From Promethearchaeota archaeon (GTDB taxonomy: Archaea; Asgardarchaeota; Lokiarchaeia; Sigyniarchaeales; SOKP01), in the NCBI GenBank assembly GCA_030603385.1, contig JAUVXW010000023.1:1-64000 (forward strand): a stretch of DNA of 64,000 nucleotides, given 5' to 3'. A program made the position numbers and the translations under genes. Shown one piece after another: positions 28,148 to 37,376 of this stretch. Within the stretch, counting starts at the first letter, position 1. Each line of letters opens with the position of its first letter. Under the pieces are notes generated by a model. The model was given only the letters and a program-made list of their open reading frames with translations, was not told the origin of the DNA and did not search any database.

Positions 28148-29395
28148 TTATAATTCTAATAACATATTTTTAATCGAAATTATATCCATATTCGTTTTAA
28201 TTGATAAAAAATCAAAATGTGTTCTTGAAATTTTATATCCTTTTCTTCTAATAGAAGTTAAGATTGTATCTAATTTTGGAATATTTGAAAGTTTTAAGTT
28301 TTTGCTTAATTTATGGATATTGTAATAAAAAGGATGCATTTTTATTTCTTCTTGAATAAGATTTAACAATTTACTAATCCTTTTTTTATTTCTATATTGA
28401 AATTCTTGGTTTAAAAGAATCATTTCATTAATAAATCTTAAATCATGAATTTCATTAACCCACAGAGGACCTGCGTATTCAATATGGTTAAATTCCTTAC
28501 AAATTGGACAATGATTAGGTAATCCTAAAATATTATCTCGAAAAGTTGAGTAATATCCACAATTATTACAATGAATTAAATAGCCATAATCTTTAAAATA
28601 CTGTGAGATTTTTTTTCTATTTTTGAAGGTTAGGCAAAAGACTCTTAAAAAATGTGAGGAATAAAATGTTAGCAAGGGAATTATTCCCATTTTGTTCACA
28701 TTTGCAATTCTTGATATAAAATATATTAATATACGGGCACCAATTTCCTTACAAAATTCAGTATGTAAAGGTTTAGACATATATTTTCGAATACAACTTT
28801 TTGGTCTAACCCCAAATAAAACTGCTGTATCAGTAGCAGTAATACATAATAATCCATCTACTTTTTGGATAGCTTTAAAAGCGCCATCAATATATAGGTT
28901 AGGTGTACCAAATGGATCAATTGAAATTACATTAGGTTTTTGTGGCCTGTTATTAGAGGAGGTATAAGAATTTTGTGCTATTTCGGAAAATAAATAATTT
29001 GCTTCTTTCCTTGACACTTCAATGTGAGCGGGATGATTATAAATTCCGTTTAAAGATAAATTTTTATTGATTAGATCAACTGCGATTGGATTAATGTCAT
29101 TTATGTAAATTTTCTTAACATTTTTACAATCTTTTAATATTCGAATAGAACTTATTCCTGAAGCTGCCATTGAATCTACAATTATGAGTGGATGTTGGTT
29201 ATATACTCTGTCATAAGCCATAATCGCTAAATTAGAAACATCTCTATTAATTTCCATTTTTTGATTATAAAAAACAATCATGGATTTTGAAGGAATCGAA
29301 TCTTTATCAGTAGTATGAATATAAAATTCAGCGTTTCCTTCTTTAATCGTACTTAAATTAGAATTCATTAATTTTTCTTTTTTTTTCATTCTCAT
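28148..29395 (-). CDS. trm1: tRNA (G26) N2,N2-dimethyltransferase
   Basis: VFYN..M..NRD, INDIN, IDPFGTP, TATD, E.G.RIL, Zn finger, GPLW, RTHF. Confidence 0.95.
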   Translation of the reverse strand: MRMKKKEKLMNSNLSTIKEGNAEFYIHTTDKDSIPSKSMIVFYNQKMEINRDVSNLAIMAYDRVYNQHPLIIVDSMAASGISSIRILKDCKNVKKIYINDINPIAVDLINKNLSLNGIYNHPAHIEVSRKEANYLFSEIAQNSYTSSNNRPQKPNVISIDPFGTPNLYIDGAFKAIQKVDGLLCITATDTAVLFGVRPKSCIRKYMSKPLHTEFCKEIGARILIYFISRIANVNKMGIIPLLTFYSSHFLRVFCLTFKNRKKISQYFKDYGYLIHCNNCGYYSTFRDNILGLPNHCPICKEFNHIEYAGPLWVNEIHDLRFINEMILLNQEFQYRNKKRISKLLNLIQEEIKMHPFYYNIHKLSKNLKLSNIPKLDTILTSIRRKGYKISRTHFDFLSIKTNMDIISIKNMLLEL

Positions 29396-29449
29396 TTATA
29401 TAATATCTAAAAAATAAATTAAATATTGTAATTCTAATAATTACTTTTA

Positions 29450-30139
29450 TTACTGAAATCCATTTTCAGTTAATTTAGACATGAAGGCTATGTGTTTATC
29501 TTCAGGGTGTTTTGTTAGAGTAAATTTTCTCTCTTTTAATATTTCTGTACGCTCAATTTTTATATCTAATGATACCCAATATTCCATTACTTTTCCCCCA
29601 CTTTGAATTTCTGTTAGCTGATCGTTATCTCTGATTTGAACTTTTTCATTAACAATTAAAATATTTACATTGTAAGAGTCGTTTATATGGGAAAGATTCG
29701 CTAATATCTGGTTTAAACAATAGTTTAAATTGTAATTTTTATCTTTTTTTTCTCTATTTAATTCTAATCGATATAGATCTGTGAGTGAATCAATTATAAC
29801 TAGGTTATAATGATTATTTGCTTCATTTAAGTTTCTTAAAATTAAATATTCTAAATTAAACACTATGTTATGTAAATCATTAAAATTATCTGGTATAATA
29901 AAGGTAATTTTATCAAGAATTTCTATTGAATCTTTGAAGATTCTATTGATTTTTTCAGAAGGAAAAATTGGTTTGGAATAAATATAAATAATTTTATTTC
30001 CATTTTTAATGGAGTTCATTGAAGTTTGGATTGCAAATGTAGTTTTTCCGACTCCAAAATCCCCCCAAATGGAAATTATACCTTTAAAAAAAGGGATTCT
30101 TTTAAAATATTCATTTAATATTGAGCTTGGAAATTTCAT
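29450..30139 (-). CDS. RadB-like RecA-fold protein
   Basis: GDFGVGKT, LVIIDS.T.LYR, GG..M.YW. Confidence 0.8.
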   Translation of the reverse strand: MKFPSSILNEYFKRIPFFKGIISIWGDFGVGKTTFAIQTSMNSIKNGNKIIYIYSKPIFPSEKINRIFKDSIEILDKITFIIPDNFNDLHNIVFNLEYLILRNLNEANNHYNLVIIDSLTDLYRLELNREKKDKNYNLNYCLNQILANLSHINDSYNVNILIVNEKVQIRDNDQLTEIQSGGKVMEYWVSLDIKIERTEILKERKFTLTKHPEDKHIAFMSKLTENGFQ

Positions 30140-30183
30140 TTAATTAAAAATTATTAATTTTATTTAATATTAATAATTATAAT

Positions 30184-31029
30184 TTGAGAAATAAAATTTT
30201 ATATGTATATACGGAGAATCTGAATTTTTTTTATAGATTAAATAGGGAACTTAATCAACTAAATATTAAGTTTAAGATATTGAGTGGATTATCAAAAATT
30301 CCAGATATTTCCTCGCTACTTCTTACAACATCTAAAGAGTTTGATAGATTTAAAGAACATTATAAAAAATTGAAGATTCTCCCCTATAGTAAGGAGAAAA
30401 ATTTTAAACATTACATATTAAAAGTATTAGCGGCTTATAGAACAGATTATAAAGGTAATTATACCGATTTACTCTTTTCTATTGACCCTGGTTCTAGACA
30501 AGTAGGATTGGTTGTGTTTGTGGATGATTATTATTTTAATTCTCATACTTTTTATGATGAAAATGTTATCATTGATTTCATTAAAGATTATATAGATTGT
30601 TTCCAAACTGATAATCCTGATCTGCTACAATTAACATTTAAATTTGGAAGTGGTGTTTTAACATTTACTGCAAAGCTTATTGAACAAATTATTAATATAT
30701 TTCAGAAAAGAAATAGGCTGAAAATTTATTTAATCAATGAGTCAAAATCCTCAAAAATTAAAATCCAAAATATAAAAAAGAGATTTAGAACTAAACATGA
30801 ACTTTCTGCTTTAATAATAGCTCTTTGGAGCGGTGTAGAAGTTGATAGCTTAGATTCTCTCAATTCTATCAAACAAGGTAAAATTCTAAATTTAAATAAT
30901 AGAAAAGAGAATGAAAAATTATTAAAAGTAGTTAATGAGTCACCTATAGAAGTAAAAGATATAATAGAAAAAATAATAAACAATGATATTTCACTTAGCC
31001 AGTCTGCTAAGATGATAATGGATTATTAA
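30184..31029 (+). CDS. Hypothetical protein with YqgF/RNase H-like domain
   Basis: FSIDPG...GL, KFGSG, INESKSS, HELSALIIA. Confidence 0.6.
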   Translation: MRNKILYVYTENLNFFYRLNRELNQLNIKFKILSGLSKIPDISSLLLTTSKEFDRFKEHYKKLKILPYSKEKNFKHYILKVLAAYRTDYKGNYTDLLFSIDPGSRQVGLVVFVDDYYFNSHTFYDENVIIDFIKDYIDCFQTDNPDLLQLTFKFGSGVLTFTAKLIEQIINIFQKRNRLKIYLINESKSSKIKIQNIKKRFRTKHELSALIIALWSGVEVDSLDSLNSIKQGKILNLNNRKENEKLLKVVNESPIEVKDIIEKIINNDISLSQSAKMIMDY

Positions 31030-31043
31030 GCTATAGAGGTTAA

Positions 31044-31838
31044 TTGATAATATTAATGAAAGAAAGAATCGATGTTATTTTAGTAGATAGAAGGTTAGTT
31101 GAAAGTAGAACTAAAGCACAGTGGTTAATAAAAAACGGTTATGTATCTGTTAATGGAAAAAAAATAATAAAGCCTGGAAAAAAGGTAGAGAATTCTTTAG
31201 AAATTACTTTAGAGAAAGAATTTCCTTATGTGAGTCGAGGAGGATTAAAATTAGAAGCAGCATTAAAATATTTTTCAATTTCGGTTGAAAATAAAACTTG
31301 CGTAGACATAGGTGCTTCAGTTGGTGGTTTTACAGATTGTCTTTTAAAAAATGGAGCAAGAAAAATATATGTTATAGACAAAGCTACGGATTTACTTCAC
31401 CCGTCACTAAGATGTGAGAAAACAAAAGGAAAAATAATTCCAATGTTAGGTGTAGATGCTCGGAATGTGCCAAATATAATTGAAGAAGTGGATATTTGCA
31501 CTATTGATATTACATTTGCATCACTAAGAACAATCCTTCCCAATACAAAAAAATTTATCAAATTTAATGGAGATATTATCGCTTTAGTAAAGCCCATTTT
31601 TGAAAGTGAATTTAGAAATATTCCAAAATTCAAAATAATTCAAGATCCTCAACAACTTTACCAAATTCTAACAGATCTAAATCAATGGTGCCTAATGAAT
31701 CAATTTTTTCCTTGTAATATAATTAAATCACCCATATTAGGTAAAGAAGGATCTATTGAATTTTTTATTCATATAAAATTAGAAGATTTAGGTTTAAATA
31801 ATGATTTAAACAGGTTAATTAAAAATGTTATATTATGA
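31044..31838 (+). CDS. tlyA: TlyA-family rRNA methyltransferase (S4 + FtsJ domains)
   Basis: RID..LV...L.ESR.KAQ, YVSRGGLKL, DIGAS.GGFTD.LL, LVKP.FE, SPI.G..G..EF. Confidence 0.92.
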   Translation: MIILMKERIDVILVDRRLVESRTKAQWLIKNGYVSVNGKKIIKPGKKVENSLEITLEKEFPYVSRGGLKLEAALKYFSISVENKTCVDIGASVGGFTDCLLKNGARKIYVIDKATDLLHPSLRCEKTKGKIIPMLGVDARNVPNIIEEVDICTIDITFASLRTILPNTKKFIKFNGDIIALVKPIFESEFRNIPKFKIIQDPQQLYQILTDLNQWCLMNQFFPCNIIKSPILGKEGSIEFFIHIKLEDLGLNNDLNRLIKNVIL

Positions 31839-31884
31839 ATAGATTTTGCAAATAAAAAGAAATTAAACCGTTATTGAATTAATT

Positions 31885-33054
31885 TTATTTAACAGGGTAT
31901 TCCTTGAACATTTTACCCCATTCTGTTTGGTAAAATTTCTTAATTATTTGCCTACCAATTAAGGGATACCATATCAAATCATGGTATATCATGGATGCAT
32001 AAGTGGGACCTAAAAAGAAGAGTTCACTGCGGAATAATGGATAAAGAAATTGTAATGGCCCTTTTCTTACCATTTGATCTCCCCATATTACTATACTGCG
32101 TTTCACTTTAAAGTTCCAGTTAATATTTGATACATCCTCTCCAATTATTTCAATTTGATCAAAATCTCCACATCCAAGGCCTTCATCATGAGCCATTTTT
32201 ATAGCAGGTAGTTCTAGTGGTTCAAATCCTAACATCCGAGCAACAACTGTATCAACAGCAACTTGATCATATCCTGCAAGTAAATAATTCTTTATACGAG
32301 GAATCATGGTTCTTGGTCCTGCTCCATCACCACATACAGTTCCATCAACTACTGAGAGGATCTGTGGATGAATTTGCTTCTGGATAATTAAAAGATCTAC
32401 TAAAACCTCAGACATATATTGATGTGAGAAATGTCTTCTTTTTGTTAACAGTCCTCCAAAAGCATTTTTCATAGCGCAAGTTATTCCCCCATGCTTCATT
32501 TCTCCGGAAGTTTTCCTTAATGAACCACCCACAGCACCCGTATGGCCATGAGTCTTCATTGTAGGAAGATGAATTATTGGTTTTCCGACATAAAATTTAG
32601 GAATCTTAAATCCTTCTGGGAATATTTTAGAATCTAGGGCGAGTAGTTTTTTATTTTTAAGGTTCAGAAACTTAGATCTGAGTGATTCGTATGGTACGAA
32701 TGGAACTCGCGTCAGTGGAACAAACCAAACACCTAGATTCTTGATAATTGGCATCCACTTGTTTCCCTTTAGCCCTTTCTCTATGTTTGTAACCACGGTT
32801 CTGTTTTCAGCAGTAAATAGTTTTTTTGGATTATATCCATCCTTGATCATTGTTCTAAGTACTCCATCAACTTGCCATGGTGGACTAGAACAGGCAGGGA
32901 AAAATTTGGACCAACTTAGATTAAGTTTTATTATTATTTTACTATTTTTATCATAAAATCTTTCATAATTTGCCATGTGCATGAGCTTCTTATAATCTTG
33001 TAATACTGTTTTAGGAGTGGTTTTAATTACAAAAAGCTGAGATTTTTCTGGCAT
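31885..33054 (-). CDS. DUF362-family Fe-S protein
   Basis: KLNLSW..FFPACS, HLPTMKTH, AMKNAFGGL, DGT..GDG.GP, DQVAVD. Confidence 0.85.
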   Translation of the reverse strand: MPEKSQLFVIKTTPKTVLQDYKKLMHMANYERFYDKNSKIIIKLNLSWSKFFPACSSPPWQVDGVLRTMIKDGYNPKKLFTAENRTVVTNIEKGLKGNKWMPIIKNLGVWFVPLTRVPFVPYESLRSKFLNLKNKKLLALDSKIFPEGFKIPKFYVGKPIIHLPTMKTHGHTGAVGGSLRKTSGEMKHGGITCAMKNAFGGLLTKRRHFSHQYMSEVLVDLLIIQKQIHPQILSVVDGTVCGDGAGPRTMIPRIKNYLLAGYDQVAVDTVVARMLGFEPLELPAIKMAHDEGLGCGDFDQIEIIGEDVSNINWNFKVKRSIVIWGDQMVRKGPLQFLYPLFRSELFFLGPTYASMIYHDLIWYPLIGRQIIKKFYQTEWGKMFKEYPVK

Positions 33055-33079
33055 CGTTATATTAATTTATAGATTCGAG

Positions 33080-33552
33080 TTAATTAAAAATATTCTGTTT
33101 ATCTTTTTCTGGACATCTAGGATGAAAGGAGCACCCTGATGATGGATTATTCGGACTTGGCACATCACTTATAATATTATTCTATTTTGTTTTGAAGTCG
33201 GATCGAAAGTAGGTCGAGCTGATAAAAGTATCTTAGTATACGGATGCGTTGGGTTATAAAGAACTTCTTCAACAGTTCCAATCTCTACGAATTTGCCAAG
33301 ATACATTACTAGAATTCTATCTGATATATGCTGAACAACGCTAAGATCATGGGTAATAAATAAAAAGGGCAAATTGAACTTCTTTTTAAGTTTTCTTAAT
33401 AAATTTAGGATTTGGGCTTGACCAGAAACATCAAGAGCGGAATTTGGATCGTCTAAGATTATTAGTTTAGGATTGCATGCTAAAGCGCTTGCAATTACGA
33501 TTCTTTGTTTTTGCTCTTCCGAAAACTTATGTAGGTATCAATCTAATTGCTC
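33080..33552 (-). pseudogene. Decayed 3' fragment of an OppF/DppF ATPase
   Basis: LD*YLHKFSEEQKQRIVIASAL..ILDDPNSALDVS..FITHDL..HPYT..RIIL* (frameshift) DVPSP..GCSFHPRCPEKD; collinear with C-terminus of 35834-37318. Confidence 0.9.
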
Positions 33553-33692
33553 TGGTTGCTAAACTTGATCTATGGCGCTATAGTATGACGCTATTGGACG
33601 TCCATGGCGTGACTAAGGTTCTAGTGACAAAGGTCTTCTTCGATGATCTTACCACGCGGACCGAATTGTAGGTTCTAATCCCCCCTCCTGCA
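33549..33692 (+). pseudogene. Degenerate tRNA-Leu-like gene with two intron-like insertions
   Basis: D-arm-like TTGCTAAACTTGATCTATGGCG, anticodon arm CTA|GA-CTAAGGT-TCTAG, variable arm GAC-AAAG-GTC, 3' GGTTCTAATCCCCC-CTCCTGC-A; 5' acceptor strand does not pair. Confidence 0.65.
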
Positions 33693-33814
33693 TTTTTTAA
33701 ATATTCTTTTTAATTTATCATGATATTATGACAAATTTAATGAAAAAAAGAATATAAATTAGGATTGATCTCCTATAATATTTAATAATTTTTTAATTAA
33801 TTACAAATTTTTCT

Positions 33815-35017
33815 GTGATTTCAATTTCGAATATGCAACTATTTACTGAATCAGATACTATTGAACATGTAAAATCTTTAGCATTTAATCGAAGTGCTAC
33901 ATCTACGGGAGAAACAGAATCATTAAATTATATAGAAAATGCATTAAGGGAGGGAAATATTAAAACAAAAGTTGAACATTTTAATTGGATAGGCCCTCTG
34001 AGGATATTGATGAGAATGGGCTATGTTATTTCTTTTTTCTATTTAATCCTTTTTCGCTTATTTTTAGTTATTATCATCTATTTTATTATAAAAAATTTCT
34101 TTAAAAGAACGCGAGATTTATCCTTTGTAAACGAAGAGGAATCAAAAAATATCTTTGCTAAAATATTATCTAAAGACCACACTCCAGATCGTCCAGTAGT
34201 TATATTAACTGCTCATTATGATTCAATTTCTATGAACATTCCTTACAAATTACAAGTTATAATATTCTTTATATATAGACTTATAGTCTTATTCTATGTT
34301 TTAATTATTATAGTTTTTTCAACAATATTTATTCTTGATTATTTAAACATCGTTTTTCTATCGAATTTTGCTATTGTTTTAATAACTTTTACTTCAATCA
34401 CTGGAGTATTCGTTTCAATTCCTATACTTTTTTTGGTTTTCATCGAAAGCCCTTCATCAGGATCAATTGATAATGCAAGTGGAGTTGCAATTTTAATTGA
34501 ACTAGCAAAATTATTTAAAAAAAATCCACTTAATAACATGGATCTTTTATTTATATGGACTGGAGCTGAAGAATGGGGTATGAAAGGCTCAAAAAAATTT
34601 TGTGAAAATCATTTTAATAGTTTAAGGCATGACTATGATTTAGATAGATCTTATTATATTAATATCGATATGGTTGGGTCGTACATTGGTCTTCTAAATA
34701 AAACAGGATTTATTAGGAGAAAAATGAATTATAATTTGAATGATATTTTTGAAGCAACAGCAAAACAGTTGAAGATTCCATTAGTTAAATTCGATAAAAT
34801 TATTAAACCGAAAAGCGATTACAAAATATTCCAAAAATATGCTCGCCGTGCGAGAAAAAAATTACAGGTAAGCTGTATTCATTCAGATAAAGATTCAAAG
34901 TTCATACACTCTTTAAAAGATACACCTGATAAATGCTCTATTGAAAATCTAAATGGGTGTTTAAATATTTGTTCCCAAACTTTAAGGAGCATTGATTTAA
35001 GATTAGAAAAGGTATAA
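33815..35017 (+). CDS. Membrane-embedded M28-family peptidase
   Basis: TAHYDS, GSIDNASG, GAEEWG..GS, INIDMVG, SD, IHS..DT; TM segments inserted within the catalytic domain. Confidence 0.9.
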   Translation: MISISNMQLFTESDTIEHVKSLAFNRSATSTGETESLNYIENALREGNIKTKVEHFNWIGPLRILMRMGYVISFFYLILFRLFLVIIIYFIIKNFFKRTRDLSFVNEEESKNIFAKILSKDHTPDRPVVILTAHYDSISMNIPYKLQVIIFFIYRLIVLFYVLIIIVFSTIFILDYLNIVFLSNFAIVLITFTSITGVFVSIPILFLVFIESPSSGSIDNASGVAILIELAKLFKKNPLNNMDLLFIWTGAEEWGMKGSKKFCENHFNSLRHDYDLDRSYYINIDMVGSYIGLLNKTGFIRRKMNYNLNDIFEATAKQLKIPLVKFDKIIKPKSDYKIFQKYARRARKKLQVSCIHSDKDSKFIHSLKDTPDKCSIENLNGCLNICSQTLRSIDLRLEKV

Positions 35018-35164
35018 AAGAAAAAATAAAATTAAAAAACACTAAATTTTTTTCTGATTTGTATTCTAATAACTTTTTTATATTAATCCTTAAATAAATC
35101 TCATTCTTCAGCCGAATCTAATTATTATATTTATATATTCAATATATATAATTATCAGGTCTTT

Positions 35165-35488
35165 TTACCATCTCATAAGAATATCAATTACTAAAAAAAT
35201 AGTATAGAAATAATAAAACACAGAACCTATAACAATAACCTTAATATACCATCTAACTGTTTTTTCATACGTTAAATCTGTTTTAGCATAATAAAAACTT
35301 CTAATCATTGCCCCAATGGCTATTAAGGTAACAATTGCTGCATAAATGAAGGATATATATTCCCATACTTTGAATTAAAGTATATAAGAAATCTCTAAAT
35401 AAACAAAAAATTTCCATAAAGATATCAATATGATAAATACAACTGAAAGTAAGAAAAGGAATCCCCATATCCATTCTCTATGTATCAT
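35165..35488 (-). pseudogene. Three-TM small membrane protein ORF interrupted by one in-frame TAA
   Basis: MIHREWIWGFLFLL...SYIL*FKVWEYISFIYAAIVTLIAIG...VIDILMRW*; stop at 35375-35377; AGGTG SD upstream. Confidence 0.6.
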
Positions 35489-35833
35489 ATTTTTTGAACA
35501 CCTAAATTTTTTAATAATTTAGAAGAAAAAGAATTAATTTTAAATTATATATTTTTCTCTCCATTTGTTAATTTTTCATAAAAAATAAGGTGTTAATTAT
35601 TACTATTTAAGATTTTTTCCAAATGTTATCATACATTTAAAGATATATTTATACTTTTAACTTTAATACTCTATCTCTCATAATTAAGATTATTCAAGAT
35701 TTATAAGAACATTATAATGATCTTATGAAATTTTTTAGAATGATTATATTTTACTAAGTTAAATTGAATTATTTCCAGTTTATGAATATAAAAATTTATA
35801 TAATAAGTTATAAAATAATTTTGGAGTATATAA

Positions 35834-37318
35834 TTATGTAGTCCAGGTGTCTGAGATATGGCCAACTCCTTCATATGATTTTCTTTCTTTTTTAAAGGGA
35901 AGGCAATACATAAAATGTTCCCCCGTTTCTCCACCAATTTGAATCTTTCTGGGATTATCAACCCCACATCCTACATGATTATCTTTTTCAGGGCACCTAG
36001 GATGAAATGCACATCCTTTAGGTGGATTTATAGGGCTAGGAACATCACCTTCTAATATAATTCTATTAATCCTTGAAGTAGGATCGAATGTCGGACGAGC
36101 AGATAACAATGCTCTAGTATAGGGATGTGATGGATTATTGAAAACATCTCTAATCGTTCCAACCTCTACAAATTTGCCCAAATACATCACTGCAATTCTA
36201 TCAGCTATGTGTTGTACTACAGTTAAATCATGAGTAATGAAAATATAAGAAAAATTGAATTGATTCTGAAGATCCTTCAATAAATTTAATATTTGAGCTT
36301 GAACAGATACATCAAGAGCGGATGTAGGTTCATCTAGAATAATCACTTCAGGATTACAGGCAAGAGCTCTAGCAATTACAATTCTTTGCTTTTGGCCACC
36401 TGAGAATTCGTGAGGATATCGATCTAAATGTTCCCTTTTCATCGAGACTACTTCTAGAAGTTCAAGAACTCGTCCGCGGATTTTTCTTCTTTTTGACATT
36501 CTTTCAAGAATTTTTAGAGGTTCACCAATTAGATCAACTATTTTCTTACGAGGATTTAATGAAGCATCAGGATCTTGAAATACTATTTGAATTCTTTTAC
36601 GGATCTGTAATCTAAATTTTAACTCTTTATGATAATCTGAGAGAATTTTCTTTACTTTATAGATTAGACCTTGGTCCTTCTTTGCTCGTTGCTTTATACG
36701 TTGTTTCTTTAAATTACCTTTGATTTTAAATATATATGGTATAATTATAATAATATCAAAAGATATAACGGCTGGAAGTAATACACCAAAGATAGTGAAT
36801 AAAATAGTTAAATAATAATTCCACCATATAATCGGCGACGCTAACAAATATGATATTATAGATGTCATAAATGTCAAGGATATCATCGAAATAATTAAGA
36901 AATTAGAAAATATTTTTCTATAGTTTTTATGAAAACTCGAAGGTGCTCTTATAAACAATCCCTTAAGCCACCCAGTTAAAATTTTAAATGTAATGGGGTT
37001 GTTTATAAAAGACATTAAAAATGAACTATTTTCAAATTTTCTTTTCTTCCAAATTCGGTGATTTTCTAAAAAAATAGCCCCATCTGTAGAATCAACTAAA
37101 TTCAATACCGTATTTCCAATTGTAGTTTTACCACATCCACTTTCTCCAACTAACCCTAATGTTTCTCCTTTGTGAAGATCAAAGTTCACACCATCTACAG
37201 CTAAAACTACTCCAATTTTTCGCTTAAATAAACCTCCTAAAATGGGGTAGTATGTCTTAAGATCCTTAACTGAAAGAATAACATCTTTTTTACTTTTTGG
37301 TTTTAACATATTTTTCAT
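35834..37318 (-). CDS. oppF: Oligopeptide ABC transporter ATPase OppF/DppF with about 140-aa TM-containing insertion
   Basis: GESGCGKT, FQDP, FSGGQKQR, LDEPTSALD, HPYT, GCAFHPRC. Confidence 0.93.
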   Translation of the reverse strand: MKNMLKPKSKKDVILSVKDLKTYYPILGGLFKRKIGVVLAVDGVNFDLHKGETLGLVGESGCGKTTIGNTVLNLVDSTDGAIFLENHRIWKKRKFENSSFLMSFINNPITFKILTGWLKGLFIRAPSSFHKNYRKIFSNFLIISMISLTFMTSIISYLLASPIIWWNYYLTILFTIFGVLLPAVISFDIIIIIPYIFKIKGNLKKQRIKQRAKKDQGLIYKVKKILSDYHKELKFRLQIRKRIQIVFQDPDASLNPRKKIVDLIGEPLKILERMSKRRKIRGRVLELLEVVSMKREHLDRYPHEFSGGQKQRIVIARALACNPEVIILDEPTSALDVSVQAQILNLLKDLQNQFNFSYIFITHDLTVVQHIADRIAVMYLGKFVEVGTIRDVFNNPSHPYTRALLSARPTFDPTSRINRIILEGDVPSPINPPKGCAFHPRCPEKDNHVGCGVDNPRKIQIGGETGEHFMYCLPFKKERKSYEGVGHISDTWTT

Positions 37319-37376
37319 ATCTGAAATTTTTATTTTTATCGATTTTCTGTTACCATAAATTGATGACTTTTAATAT

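Noticed and set aside
33477-33671. 64-aa plus-strand ORF
   Set aside because: Spans the antisense oppF remnant and the pseudo-tRNA
4442-35488. TAA read-through or genetic-code change suggested by two small ORFs with a single in-frame TAA
   Set aside because: TAA terminates most conserved genes in the window at their expected ends; nonsense mutation or sequencing error is the simpler explanation
35701-35967. 88-aa minus-strand ORF
   Set aside because: Out-of-frame overlap with the oppF 3' end, running into AT-rich intergenic DNA
36635-37051. Intein in OppF
   Set aside because: No C/S start, HN/HQ end or LAGLIDADG motifs; the insert is hydrophobic
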